From positions 193,626,001 through 193,690,000 of the forward strand of contig OZ024740.1 in the NCBI GenBank assembly GCA_964016885.1: 64,000 bases of DNA, written 5' to 3'. The DNA comes from Eledone cirrhosa (Eukaryota). Made by a program: the position numbers and the translations under genes. The notes beneath the pieces are model-generated. The model saw nothing but the letters and a program-made list of their open reading frames with translations, did no database searches and was not told the origin of the DNA. Positions 44,629 through 59,583 of this stretch are shown here, one piece after another. The stretch's first letter is position 1; every line of letters starts with the position of its first letter.

Positions 44629-44707
44629 CTGACGAAAAGCCCCTACGGATTACTTGTTACAAACACGATTCATTCACGGCGAAACAGAGTAAATCTTTAG
44701 TCTGTCC
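44629..44707 (+). ncRNA. Hammerhead-like motif
   Basis: CTGACGA-aaa-gcc...ggc-GAAA-CAGA(..)TCTG-TC with a GUC triplet; stem I is only 1 bp. Confidence 0.45.
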
Positions 44708-44864
44708 GGGTGATGAAATGGTTATTGATATGGTTTGTATGAGAAATCTTGTAAGAAATCTTATAACATCCCATATTATTCAGGTTGAATTATATATAAC
44801 ATTTGTGGTGTAATCTACCCTCGTAATTTTAGACACGGGTTTACTGTGTTTACTACTACACATA

Positions 44865-44963
<99 letters not shown>

Positions 44964-44965
44964 GT

Positions 44966-45007
<42 letters not shown>

Positions 45008-45014
45008 GTAGGTA

Positions 45015-45069
<55 letters not shown>

Positions 45070-45730
45070 AAATGAAAAGTATAGATATTATTGTGAGCAA
45101 GAAGCCAACAATATTTCATAATATATAAGTGACTATAGCATCAAAATGGAAAAATAGTTAACGTAAGATGTTGGAAAATAATTGAAACTCAATTCCAAAA
45201 GAATCAGGACATAGATTCATCTACAGAGTTTAGTGAAATCCAGGGAAAAATCAACAGAACCTTAATTCAGAATAAAATAAAGTTTAAAATACTCATCCTT
45301 CAATTTGGAAAAACAACAAATGCTCTGTATAGTCTCAACAAAGACTATTTCACGAAATTTTCAATGGGGATGGTCACGGTTGTAATCGATCATCAGCAGA
45401 GCTCAAAGATACGATAACCAAAGTGCCACTGTATATAATATGCCAACAAGGGAATTTAAAAGCAGGCTAGTTCAACATCATGCCTAATTATGAAAATAAA
45501 CGCAGATGTAGAGACAGGGCTGGTGTCGTCAGAATGAGACAAATGTCTGTTTACATGAAACAACAGTCAAAAACATTCCGGAAAAAACTCTACAATATAA
45601 AGAGTTCAGCAAAAAAACAATATTATCGCGGTTTAAAAAAAAAAGACCGGGATTAGTCACAAATAATTTTAAGCACTCTAGGAAAGAAATCCGAATATAA
45701 ATATAAATGAAAAGTATAGAAATATATATA

Positions 45731-48700
45731 TCATCATCATCATCATCATCATCAACGTTTAACGTCCGTGTTCCACGCTTGCATGGGTTTGGACGGGGGT
45801 AGTCCCACTTGAGGCAAGAGTGATTGTCTTGCTCGCATAGGACAGTCTGGCAGGTTTTCTACAGTTGGATGCCCTTCCTAACACCAACCACATTTACAGT
45901 GTGGGTCTGGGAGGTTTTTACCGTGTTGCCTACACGGCCACATTACAGCGTGGACTGTGTGTTTTTTTGTCGTGACACCTACACGATCTCATTTGTTTCG
46001 GCCTGGATGGCGCGGCACCAACATAACTTTACATAGAACGGGGTGGTGTGGATGGGGTGGGGGTGGGGGTGGGACGGGGTGTATTTTGTTAGAGATGCCT
46101 ACTGGCTGTAGTAGGTTTTACTATGTATTTAGGTAAGGCGGGTCTTCTCTGTTACTGAGTACCGCCAAAGGTCTCGGTCCAGTGACATTGTCTTGGAGAG
46201 GTGTAAGTGTGTGAGGTCGGAGTTTATCAGCTCGTCCCAGGTTTTTCTAGGTCTGCCTATTCCGTGGCTACCCTCTATCTTTATTGCCCTGCACTTTGTT
46301 ATACAACCATCGACTTTCATGCGCATCACGTGTCCATACCAACGTAGCCTTCTCTCGAGTAAACAACATCTGATCCCTCTCATTTCTAATTTTTTCCTTA
46401 GTTCGTTTATGCTTTGCCGTTCACGTATATTACTGTTACACATCCAGCGGAGCATGCAAGCTTCGTTCCTCTCTAGTCTGCGTATATCCTCTGCACACAA
46501 TGCCCAGGTCTCACTGCCATGCAACATTGCTGTTCGTATGCAGGCATCGTACAACCTGCCTTTCATTTTTAGGGAGAACCATATAGCAGCTAATAGTGGT
46601 ATAAGCTCTCTGAACTTTTTCCAACCAGTTCTGACTCTAGCTACTGTACTTTCAGAGCACCCTCCCCCACTGCTGATTTTATCGCCCAGGTAACGGAAGC
46701 TGTCCACTATTTCTATAGAACCCTCTGCGCAATTGAAAGAGCTAGTATTTGTGGGCACTTGCTGCTACTTATTGCACCAGAGCACCGGCCACATGTAAAA
46801 TCTATGTTCTTAGTTAGCATACCTGTGACCCCACTACATCTTTTATGCACCCATACTTTGCATTTAGGACATAAAATGGAGTTTCTACCTACGCCTTTCC
46901 TACACACTGAGCATGACCATTTCCCAAAAGGGACCGCCGCCTTATTTTCTTTCCTACAAACTAGAACTTTAGTCTTAGCCAGGTTAATTTTAAGTCCTTT
47001 TGATTCTAGGCCGTGCTTCCATGTTTGGAATTTCTTCTCTAGCTCGGTCATTGATTCAGCTATGAGTGTCAGGTCGTCTGCGTATAGGAGTTCCCATGGG
47101 CAGCCGGTCTTGAACTCCTCTGTTATAGCCTGAATGGCAATAATAAATAGTAGGGGGCTGAGAACAGAGCCCTGATGGACGCCAACTTTTACGCTAAACT
47201 CTTCACTATATTCGTTGTTAATTCTAACCTTGCTGACTGTTTCTTTATACATGGCTTGTATAGCTCTCACGAGCCATTCGTCAACATCTAGTTTTCTAAG
47301 AGCCCACCAGATAATGGAGCGGGGGACTCTGTCGTAGGCTTTCTCCAAGTCGACAAAAGCTAAGTAGAGGGGTTTACCTTTAGCTATGTACTTCTCCTGT
47401 AGTTGTCGTACAATGAAAAGAGCCTCTGTGGTACTTTTGCCTGACACAAACCCGAACTGCATTTCATCTATGTCAATTCTCTCTCTGATTAGTTGCGCTA
47501 TTACTTTTTCCGTGACCTTCATGACCTGGTCAATTAATTTAATGCCTCTATAGTTACTCCTATCTAGGGCGTCTCCTTTACCCTTATAACATTTGACGAT
47601 GATGCTGCTATGCCAGTCCTTCGGAACAACCCCATTCTGTACGACTTGGTTAACTATGCGGGTGACCATGGTGTGTCCCACCGTGCCAGATGCCTTCAGC
47701 ATCTCAGCAACTATTTCCGAAGGCCCAGCCGCCTTACCCGTCTTCATATCCTTGATTGCCTTACTTATTATACTCCCCTCGACTAACACTGCTGGTCCCT
47801 CTATTGGGTCGATGTGGGAGACTGTCTTTCTCCCATTTGTTCTCCTCATTTAGTAGTCTTTCATAGTGACACTTCCAAGCTACCTTCTTATCAGCGTCGG
47901 TGATGGCAAGTACGCCGTCATCATTAAGTACACACTTCTCCCCGACAATATCACGGTTTTCCTTGACGCATTGCCTAGCAATCCTGAACACCTCACGTTT
48001 TGGGTCCTCGCGTTGTAGAACATGCTTGAACTTTCTTTCCTCTGCTTCCCTTCTTGCTAAGTACACTTGTCTCCTAGCTTCCCTCCTGGCCACTTGATAG
48101 TCTTCTCTACTTCCCCCATCCCGCCATACTTTCCAAGCCTGCTTTTTGGCCTTAATTGACCCCTCCACCTTACTGTTCCACCACCATGTTACTCTCCTCC
48201 TGCCTACAGGCCTGCTCCAGCCACAGACTTCGTCTGTCGCCATCAGCAGGTTTGCTTTCAGAAATTCCCACTGTCCCTCTATATTGTCCTACTCTAATTG
48301 CTCTTCCTTACTGTCGAAAGCATCAAGTAATATGCTTTGAAATTTATTTCTGGCTGTGGGGTCCTTTAGCTTCCATATTTTTCTCCTGAGGATAGTCCTC
48401 TTCTGCTGTCAAGTACGTCTCGTCCTGACTATGAGGTCGCTAATTATCAGTCTATGTTGGGAGGTGCATTCTTCATGGGGGAGGGATTTAGTGTTTACAA
48501 CAGACACTCTGTCACGTCTTCTGGTAAGGATATAATCTACCTGGCTTGTGTGTTCCCCGGATCTATAGGTGATCAGGTGATTGTCACGTTTTTTGAAGTT
48601 AGTGTTACAGATAGTTAGGTTATTTGCGTCACAGAATTCCAGGATTCTGGAGCCTTCCTCATTTCTAGTACCAAACCCATAGCCTCCATGGATTTCGTCG

Positions 48701-49241
48701 TAGCCGTCACAATGTTGTCCAACGTGACCATTTAGGTCGCCTGCAATAATTATATAGTCACTGTCGGATATTTGGGAGGTAGTGAGCATCAGTGTCTCAT
48801 AGAATCTGTCTTTTATAGTGCAGGGCAGTCCGGATTGGGGTGCGTACGCAGATATTACTGTCACCATAGTTCTATTGAGGACAAGTCGTATTTTAATTAT
48901 TCTGTCGTTCACTCTATTTACGTCTATTATCTTATCTGCCCACTTTTCTGCTACCATGATTCCTACTCCACCCAGCCCATCGTCGTTTCCCACCCAGAAA
49001 AGCTTATAACATCGCTTTTTACCCTCAATGAATCTAGCAGACCCAACCCTCCACCTGGTCTCTTGAATACAACAAACATCGACCTCCTTACGTTCAAGCA
49101 TTTCTACAACCTCGTTAGCGCGACCCTTTAGGGTGCCTACATTTACGGTACCAACTCTGAAGTTTTGGATTGCGTTTGGAGGGTGGGGCGGTGGGAGGCG
49201 GGGGGGAGATGGGGTTATGTTAGCCGTCCGCGGCTAACATA
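45731..49241 (-). mobile_element. Near full-length RTE-clade LINE with frameshifts and a (TGA)n 3' tail
   Basis: APE endonuclease (VCCIQETRW, SAYAPQ, GDLNGHVG, QVDYIL) at 48409-49170. RT (FVDLEKAYD, HQGSVLSP, LLYADDL) at 46713-47849. C-terminal YLG..LHGSETW..RLRWYGH..GRP at 46129-46758. (TCA)n at 45731-45754; (AT)n on both sides. Confidence 0.95.
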
Positions 49242-49328
49242 TATATATATATAACGAAGGAAATGTGGTAAGGAAAGGTGGACCATACCACAGCAAATTA
49301 CTCAATACTTAGTGTAGTAGAGTGGGTA

Positions 49329-49412
49329 ATAGGAACGAGTAGGAACCCGACGGCTCAGCTCAAGCCGTCGAAACGGCTTGAGCTCAGCCGTCGGGGTCCT
49401 ACTCGTTCCTAT
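49329..49412. repeat. GC-rich 40-bp-stem hairpin with a CGAA loop
   Basis: ataggaacgagtaggaacccgacggctcagctcaagccgt-cgaa-acggcttgagctcagccgtcggggtcctactcgttcctat; 2 mismatches. Confidence 0.9.
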
Positions 49413-49416
49413 ATAT

Positions 49417-49456
<40 letters not shown>

Positions 49457-49471
49457 CATATATATATATAT

Positions 49472-50272
<801 letters not shown>

Positions 50273-50370
50273 ATTAGTATATCTACCAACATATGTGTAC
50301 AGATGTATACCTATGCTAGCAAATATATATATTATATCTTAGTACCTTTGTGGGACCTAGCTGAGAATAG

Positions 50371-50452
50371 ACTCCCTGATGATGTAATGAATTCTCTATA
50401 GTTATATTACGTAACTATAGTTATCCCCTTACAGAAACTAATTAGTTGGAGT
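50371..50452 (+). ncRNA. Type I hammerhead ribozyme, intact core
   Basis: actcc-CTGATGA-TGTAA(..ctatagtta/taactatag..)TTACA-GAAA-CTAATTAG-T-T-ggagt; stems I, II and III all pair perfectly. Confidence 0.88.
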
Positions 50453-50508
50453 GAAAATTTTAGTAAGTAAGTTAATTTTTAATTTTTAAAATGTTCTTAT
50501 TTCACATC

Positions 50509-50556
<48 letters not shown>

Positions 50557-51749
50557 GTGTATGTTTCTGTGTGTGCGTTTATATATATATATATATATAT
50601 ATATATGAGTATTCTATATATAGCTATCTTAGAGCAACCACCTTAATATAGATATACTTATAATTGTCATAAGTCGGAAAAGCAAATAGGATGAAATCAT
50701 AATAAATTAACTTCGCTTACTTCAGGTGTACCGACTAGGTTTCGCTGTGCAAGGTCGATATTTGATATTCTAATATGTTATGACATCAAATATTGGGAGA
50801 ACAATGGCACTTCAGGGACTTGCTCACAATAGGAGGAACATTTAATTCTGAAATACCCATGCCGTAATTTCATTTTTTTTTATATAATCCTTCAATCAAA
50901 TACACATTCTCAAGCGATTTTGGTCCGTTTTGAAAGTGTTAACAAATCCAAAGTTTGTAGGTTATTTGAATCTTCTACTTGGACTTTCAAACGATTCGCA
51001 ACTGTACTGCGAGGTTGAAATTTGCTATTAACCTCTACATATTTAGAAAGATGTATCATGGGTGTTTGGGATTTATGTAGACGAGAATATTTTCTGTCAA
51101 TCAGTTTTAGCTACACCTGATAGGTCGCAGTATGTATTTTGAAATATTTATTCAATTTTGTTTCTCTGTTTGACAAGCTCAACATTTATTTACAATAAAG
51201 AAAAATTCAAATATCTCCCCAAACAGCACGGTATGCCGAGATAATTTTGTAGAGATTCGCTATGCCAAATATTGTAATTACTTTCCATACTACTAAATTG
51301 ACTAAATGTATTCAATACATAATCCGACAATGCGATGCATTTTATTGAGATAACGAAGTCTCGGGATGTTTCCATTAACAAATTAAACATCGCTCTTTTT
51401 CAATCTCCTGGATTGCATGTATAGTTAAAACTTCAATTCGTAGCTATGGATTGTACATTAAATCTCAATAAATAACAGTGAAAAGTGTATGCTAGAATAG
51501 CGTCGATGTAACAAAAGTGTGCCAAATTTTGTGAACCGAAACTGAGTGGAAGTGAATTTAGTAGTGATTACGCATGTTTGCAGAGGTTTTCGGAACGTGA
51601 ACAGGCTTGGGCGGAATCTTTTATGACTGAGCAGCCTTATCAAGGGACAATGCAGCTCACCCAAATCTTGGGAGAGTCATAGAAAAGGTGACCCAAATAG
51701 TGTGTATTCCACTATACCGGCATGAAAAACGAGAAAGATATTAAACTTC

Positions 51750-52250
51750 AGAAGAATAATGTTGCGCTGAAGGTTGCTACATTTAACACTTGCACACTTC
51801 TTGGCATGGAATCTTCCACATGACAAGAACGCAGAACTGCTATTGTTGGCAGAGAACTGAAAAGGGGTGCTGACTATACGTTCTTCTTGAAAGGAAACCC
51901 ACATGATGAAAAATCTAATGGAGGAGTAGGTTTTGCTCTCTAGACAGAGGTGACAAAGCGACTGAAGTAACCACAATGTTTTTGTGATCTAATTATATAA
52001 CTAAGGATTCCTCTTTCCATAGGACGTTTCCTGGCTGTCATGGTAGTGTATACCTCTACCCTGGATAGTAGTCTTAAAGCATACGTGATCTCTTAATAAC
52101 ATTTACCAGGGTGAATATATAAATCATTATAACGTGATATTGCTTCTCGATAATGTCAATGCACGATCGGGAAAGGACAATCCCATCTGGTGGAATTTAG
52201 GTCGACCCGATGTGGGCAAGATGAATGTGGAAGTCAGTCTTCAGCTAAGG
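51750..52250 (+). pseudogene. Decayed LINE APE-endonuclease remnant
   Basis: KVATFNTCTL, GVGFAL, VYTSTL, DNVNARSGKD motifs across broken frames. Confidence 0.55.
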
Positions 52251-52387
52251 TATGTCAATGATATTTTTGGTATCTACCGTCATTAATGCTAATTGTTTCA
52301 TTGTGTAGGCAGGATTTTCTTCTTCAGAGCATCCATAAAACAAATCAACCCGTTGAAATTAATAATTTGTTACGGCAATGAAATAAT

Positions 52388-52555
52388 TGTTTCTATTTTA
52401 GGCCAGCAATTACCCAGTACATTACTGGTACTTTATTTTATCGACCCTGTAAGGATGAAAGGCAAAGTTAACATCGGCAGGATTTGAACTCAGATCGTAA
52501 AGGGACGTAACTATGCTGGAAAGCATGTCCGACCGATACTGCCAATTCACCGCCC
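52388..52555 (-). mobile_element. tRNA-derived SINE, same family
   Basis: B box on the - strand; TSD ttac(g/a)gcaatgaaataat. Confidence 0.88.
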
Positions 52556-52589
52556 TTACAGCAATGAAATAATGTAATTAAAGTATAAT

Positions 52590-54689
52590 GAAACAACAAA
52601 TTGATTATTATACCTATTGGTTTAAACACTCTTTAAGCACACTAACAACCTGATATGAGTATCCCAGTTTAAACTCTTGAAGGGCAGGCCAAAAGACTAA
52701 ACAACTGTGGAAACTGTTAACAGGCATTGTGTCTGAGGAAATCTACTACTATTTTCACATAAAAAACATGTTACCGGACGATCAGAAAGGATGCTGGAAG
52801 AAGTCCCGTGGTACAAAAAAACAGTTACTTATTGATAAGATGGTAATGGGGAATTGTCAGAGGAGGCATACTGCTATTGCCATGGGATAGATATATTACT
52901 AAAAGTTATTCGACATAGTACCTTATTCTTGGATAACCAAAAACCTAGAGATCTTCAAGGTGGCAGAAACATCAGACAGCTATTAAGTAAAAGTATGAAG
53001 TACTGGGAAACAGCATTAATATCAGGTGGAGAATCCTTGGGAGGCGTGAAGATCAAGAGAGGTATCTTCCAGGGAGATAGTTTTCCCCTTTGGTGTTTGT
53101 CCTTACCCTGATACCCTTGTCTGTCATATTGCGAAAATTTAGAGCAGGATACAAGCCGGGAAGAGGAGAGCTTACCATCAACCATCTCCTCTTCATGGAC
53201 GATCTTAAACTCTTTGGGAAGAGTGAGAAGGAGTTGGATGTACTTGTTGACACTGTCCGTATTTCCAGCAATGATATACGTATGGAATTTGGTGTTAGTA
53301 AGTGCGGAGTCCTAGTGATGAAGAGAGGTAAATTGAGCAGAAGAAACGGAATACAGGTACCAACAGGTGAGATGATAAAGGAAATTTACACTGAAGTGGG
53401 ATACAAATATGTAGGTGTTCTAGAGGCAGATGACATCAAGAATAAAGAAAAATGAAGGAATTGATAAGATCTGAATATATAAGGAGAGTAAGGAACATAC
53501 TAAATTCACATCTAAATGGTAGGAATATCATAAGTGCAGTAAACTACCGAGCTGTGTCTATTATTAGGTACAGTGCGGGAATTCTGAAATGGAATGTTAT
53601 TGAGCAAAAATAAATGGATATGAAGACTAGAAAGCTAATGACTATCAACAACATGTTCCACAAGAGGAGTGATGCTGATAGACTCTACTGAAAGAGATCT
53701 GAAGGTGGAAGAGGTCTTTTCATGATAGAGGATTGTGTTCAGATGGCGAAAAACAGTCGGCACTAATATGCGGTTGACAGTAGGGAGCCAATGCTGAAAA
53801 GTGTACTGAAGGAGAAGACAATAGACATGGGGATGTCCAAGGAGAAAATAACAAGGACGAAGAGCAACTTTCATGAAAAATCCCTTCATAGCACCTTATT
53901 TAAGAAAACAGAATTCAGAGATCCACAGACATGGAACTGGTTAAAAAGAGGAGACATTTTAAAAAGCTACAGAGGGAATGCTAATGGCTACGCCCTCAGA
54001 ACGAAGTGGGTGAAATACCATATTGACAAGGATGAAGCTAGCTCACTGTGTAGGATCTATGGGGGAGAGAGAGAGGAGACTGTGGCTCACATTGTATCCA
54101 AGTATAAACACCTAGCCCAGACTCACTATAAAGGCTGGAGACATGATATGATACGCAGGGTGATCCACAGCATCTATGCAAACTAAACAATTTACCATAT
54201 TCTGAGAAGTGGTATGAGCATAAACCAGAGTCCGTGATAGAAAACGATCAGGTGAAGGTGCTATGTGATTTTAGGATACAGACGGACAAGAAATTAAAAC
54301 ACAAATGACCTGGTAGTTTTAGACATGGAAAAAAGATCGTGTCGGATTGTAGATGTAACCTGCCCATTTGAGTCGAGAGTGCAAGAAAAGGAGAGGGAGA
54401 AAATTAACCGATACCAGGATTTAAAGTGGGAGTTAAAAAGGATTTAAAACTGCCATGAGATCAAGGTCTTCCCGATTGTCATAGGCGTACTAGGTACTAT
54501 CTCAAAGAGTTTACAAGGATGGTTAAAGAAGATTAGTCCAGCCCCGCTTTTTGGAACACTTCAAAGGGCATGCTTGCTGGGAATAGCAATAACCCTCCGA
54601 TACGTCCTGAATGTATGAGGCTGCAGGTAATAGCTTGATATTCATTTCAACAAACTTTCCAGTTAAATAACATCAATGACTGAGACTCA
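52590..54689 (+). mobile_element. 5'-truncated, decayed R4/Dong-like non-LTR retrotransposon (RT, zinc knuckle, restriction-like endonuclease)
   Basis: RGIFQGDS, INHLLFMDDLKLF, MEFGVSKC, YKYVGVLE, LCRI..ETVAHIVS..RHD, DFRIQTDK, VDVTCPFE, EKINRYQDL, PIVIGVLG. Confidence 0.88.
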
Positions 54690-54937
54690 AAGAAGAAGAA
54701 GAAGAAGAAGAAGAAGAAGAAGAAGAAGAAGAAGAAGAAGAAGAAGAAGAAGAAGAAGAAGAAGAAGAAGAAGAAGAAGAAGAAGAAGAAGAAGAAGAAG
54801 AAGAAGAAGAAGAAGAAGAAGAAGAAGAAGAAGAAGGAGGAGGAGGAGAAGAAGAAGAAGAAGAAGAAGAAGAAGAAGAAGAAGAAGAAGAAGAAGAAGA
54901 AGAAGAAGAAGAAGAAGAAGAAGAAGAAGAAGAAGAA
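54690..54937. repeat. (AAG)n microsatellite, ~250 bp
   Basis: Direct repeat with a short (GAG)n interruption. Confidence 0.99.
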
Positions 54938-56298
54938 TTGTACTATATATTTTGACATATAATATTGCTATATTTTTAATTGGGGCTCTGTGAAATACGA
55001 AAGGTTTTCTTATCGATATACTTAATCATAATACTATTTCATCAATTTTATCACACAAGGGAGTGTTAAAGTAAACACACAAGGCAGGGCTGAGGATCAA
55101 TAAATAGAAAAACACCTAATTTAAACGACAATAAAATATTAGTACATCACTCATTTCCATTCATTATTTGAAAAGAATAAAAATCAATGAAACATGATGA
55201 CGATTATTATTTCTCATAACAGAAAAATCCTATCCTATGAAAAACATGGAGGTGTTATACATCAATAATTTTTAACGTTGGAGAATACGTTGAACTTATG
55301 ATACTGACAAGAGGTTGTAATATTTCTGTTGGCCCATAAACGTCTGCGTTTGATAGAAGGTGAACGTTACATTTGTAGTTAAAAGAAAAACAGCTCACCA
55401 ATTCTAACTTAGTTATGGTTGAAACTATTATGGTATTACAAACAAATACACCGGAAAATTATATATTTAGCTAACGTTTAGCTCAACTAGTAAAATAATT
55501 ATTTCGTTATTTCATTGTACTTTAATTACATTACTTTATTGCCGTATCAAACTATTATTTTCACTAGTTAGTCTTAAGTTGTGTATGTTCTTGAGAAGAA
55601 ATTCAACATTTAACAGTGGCAGAGTTACCATCAATATCATTAGACGCCGTAACATTCCACTTCGCCTCATGTAAAATATAGATTCTCTCGGTCCTTTTAA
55701 AATTAAAATTATGTATTATAAGAGCATACCTTAAAGTATGAATTACAGGTTTTATCGAAACGAAATAAGATGCCGGTTGATTATCAAAGCTGGCTGTTTC
55801 TCTTGATAACAGTAATGCCCTTAAGAAAGTTTATATTCAATATTTCCTAGAAATACATGATATCATGCATATACAACAGAGAGTATATATGTTATATATA
55901 AACAAACGTTATTGGTGAAATTTTTCGCATTAGAAATTGTAGTTTTATAAAGCAGAATTGGGAATGCAGGAGAACATACGTACTTGTTCGTGATCTAGTG
56001 AACTTGCAGTTTCCATGAGTGAACAGATTATTTATTTATTCATTTTTTATCATTTTTTAAATTCATATCATCTTTGCACATGCAAACAATCAAAAGTCTA
56101 TTTTTTCCTTTTATTTTCGCTATCTGAATATTCATATTAACAATTTTGTACTATACTGCTATTACTTGAAACCAGTTCAGAGGTCAGAGACAGAAAATGT
56201 GGAGTCACGAAGTTTAAAGATTCGGTCATTTTTTTCTATTCCTGCATATACTGAAATATTTATGTTTGTGTTCACATACATGCATACAGCCACCATTA

Positions 56299-56357
<59 letters not shown>

Positions 56358-58305
56358 GTGTAAGAATATTTGTTTGTATATATGTATATATGCTTATATA
56401 TATATATATTATTCAGCAATATCGTTTCTTCTAATGTAAATGTGACCTAAAAATCTGAAATCTTGTGATGGTGGTTTAGAGATCACTTACATAGCTAGCT
56501 AATGAAATAACCTGATATCTAATTCAGGCCAAGCAATATATCGATTGAAATGTATTGAAACAAATGAGATAATAAGGAATTTGAGGCGTTGCCTTTGTAT
56601 TTTCGTTTTTGTTTTATTACATAAATGTTATAAATATCCGCCTTCCTCGTATTATATTTCTAGGAGAATATTACATATATTGAACCTGTTCACCTGCATT
56701 AGTGTATATTATTCATAATGTGTTACATTATTTCGTAACATATAAGATTTGGTAGAATTATTCATCGTTTTACTTTTTACCTGAACACTTTCTTATGAAA
56801 TCTTAAACCATTTTCATGATTCATCAAATCATTTATGAGGACATTTTTTTTGAAATTCTGAATGACATCGAGAAAACATGTGAAATTTACTGTCATTCCA
56901 ATAGTTTGTAGTTAAATATATAACAAAACTCACGCATTATATTCTAAACATCAGTGCATTTCTCCATATGTCTCTCAGTTGTATGTGAGAATTGCATCTA
57001 ACTATTACTTTGAAAATGTATCTAAAATACTAATTGTAATTGTTCGTATTCAAGGATTTTATGCAACTGGTAATAAATACCAGGCTATTTATTACCAATG
57101 CTTTGTGAAAAGACGACAATTTAGCCGAAATATCCTATAAATATAAAGAAATATCCATTATATCCTTTTCTACATGATAGCTTCGTTTTCACAGAATTTT
57201 CTTCTATTTTATCGTATAATAAATGTTCCTACGATTCTTTTTATTTATCAAATAAATTATATATATATGGATGATTTCCTCCATAACACACATTACATTT
57301 CTGTTTTACAATTTCAGAACTGCCTGTGTCTATTATCAAATGTCTCTGTAATGTATCTAAAGTATACATTGTGCTTTATAGTAGGATGTTTTCTGGAATA
57401 CGTTATGCTGCAATTATTGTTTTAAAATCATACATTGTTTAAAACTACGATTCATCTTAATTTCCTATATAAGAATATTTTCCAACGGTATATACGTTAC
57501 TTACCAACTATTGTTTAGTCTACAATAATGTTTTCAAATTTCATCAATTAAGTGAACACGGAAATTCTGATCTATACAGATGTTTACATTAGCTGTTATT
57601 GTAGATGGATGAGAACACAGGACTGATATATAATTTAGATAAAGCAAAGAAACAATTAATCAATATAGAAAACAATACAGCTCTGTACATTTCATTTCTT
57701 TCTTTCATTTCTTTTCTTGCTACAGTCTGATTGTCTTTAATCTTCTATACACGCATTATATTGTCTAAGCTCATATTTTATTTTCGAATGTATGTAGGGA
57801 TCTCTTCAGTTCTTTTCCTTTCAACTTTTGAATAGAATTTAGCAGTCAATATCCTACATAAATGCGATTCAGAATCAGTATCAGTGTTTTCTTTTAGGTA
57901 CATATGTGTATATTATATGAAATTAGCATTCCTCAACATAAATATGTTTGAAGCATAGTTCAGATATAATGTTCCTATCATAGAAAAGAAAATGTTGCGA
58001 CATTCATATTTAATCTTAGATTAGAGTACAGACTATACTTATAGATATATTTATATGTAAATAAGGATTCATATATAAGTTACACAAGTACTTGTATCTA
58101 TACTAAAATATAAAACTAGGTGTAAATATAAATAAATGTATGAAAAAATGTACAATGTATACTGAGGAATATATCAAAACATATGCGGATGAATTACGGT
58201 TTTCTGTTTCCATGCATCACACACAGACACACCCATGCACTCAAACACGCACACACACATATACATACACCCACCCCTCCCACACCCACAGACACGCACT
58301 CACAT

Positions 58306-58348
<43 letters not shown>

Positions 58349-58412
58349 TACATATTAAAGTTAAAGGCAAAACAACAAAGCAAAAGGACGCATTACAATG
58401 ATTATATATATA

Positions 58413-59583
58413 TGAGAGGAGCATGATATGCAGAGTAACACATATGTATTGTCGAAGTTGAAACTGAGAACCACCACCCCTCCTGCTGACCCAAATGTTT
58501 ACTGAGGACCAGAACACCATTCTCCGCAATATAAGAGCGAAATGCGCTTGCCGGACTATTGATGACCATAACATCACATTCCAAGGTAATGGCAACACAC
58601 AGTGAATGCTATGCACGACCAGAACACCACAGCATGCACATCCGAGCGACACAGATATAATATCAATAGGGGAATCAACTGAATTTTTTGAGTTTAAATA
58701 CATATGGATATGTGTCTGTGTGTATCGGACACACGTACATATAAAGAAGCTGCTGACCTAAATATACCTGTCATGCCTGTCTGAATTCGTAAGGGAATTG
58801 TCGGCCAGTTGCTGTCTTGACCGATTGTAGTACCAGTGGGTGAATCAATTGAGTTTTTTGAGTTGAAACACATATAAATATGTGTCTGTGTGTGTCGGAC
58901 ACACGTACACATAAAGAAGCTGCCGACCTAAATGTGCCTGTCATGCCTGTCTGAATTTTCGGTCAGTTGCTGACTTGACCGATTAACCCCACAATTACTA
59001 CGTAGCAGTTCTTGCACGTGACTGCTGGACCCGGATGAAACGGGGACGAAGAATTTCCTTGCGTACCGTTTTGTACCACAGATGCGATCTCACCCTGCCT
59101 CGTTAATGTCCTATCGACACCAAAGTTCAACGTTCGGGCGAATAGAATTGAATCCAACCACCAACAACATAGCTGGATGACCGATAATCACACCAAACCG
59201 GAGTACTGTGATCCTTGTGATTTCCAGATATACAACCACTGACACTGTTACGAAGACCAGAAAACCATACTCCATAATATTGAACCAAGTGATTGATTTG
59301 TGCGACCAAAATAACACGACACACATATTGAACTAGGAATATTGGATCCTCCGTCAATGTCCGGGTGAGCAAAAATACATTTCTACCTGCATTGGAATTT
59401 ACGAACTTGTGCATCTGCTGTGGTGTCAAAAACAAACGCGCATGACCGCACAGATAAACAATGGACCACGCCACATGGCTTGAACCCATAAGTGAATTGA
59501 AGGTTCTGCAACTCTGATACACAGATTATTTATTATTAAGATGTATAAACTTGACATAACTATTATCATCTTATATTCTCTCA
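58413..59583. mobile_element. Possible solo LTR with an internal ~170-bp duplication
   Basis: Higher-GC block bounded by TGAGAG...CTCTCA. Direct repeat at 58671-58826 versus 58842-58984. No TSD seen. Confidence 0.35.

Noticed and set aside
43420-45720. Diverged ~150-bp direct repeat (43655/43850) and 17-bp repeat taaatgaaaagtataga (45069/45704)
   Set aside because: Likely old PLE debris; no diagnostic motif to support a call.
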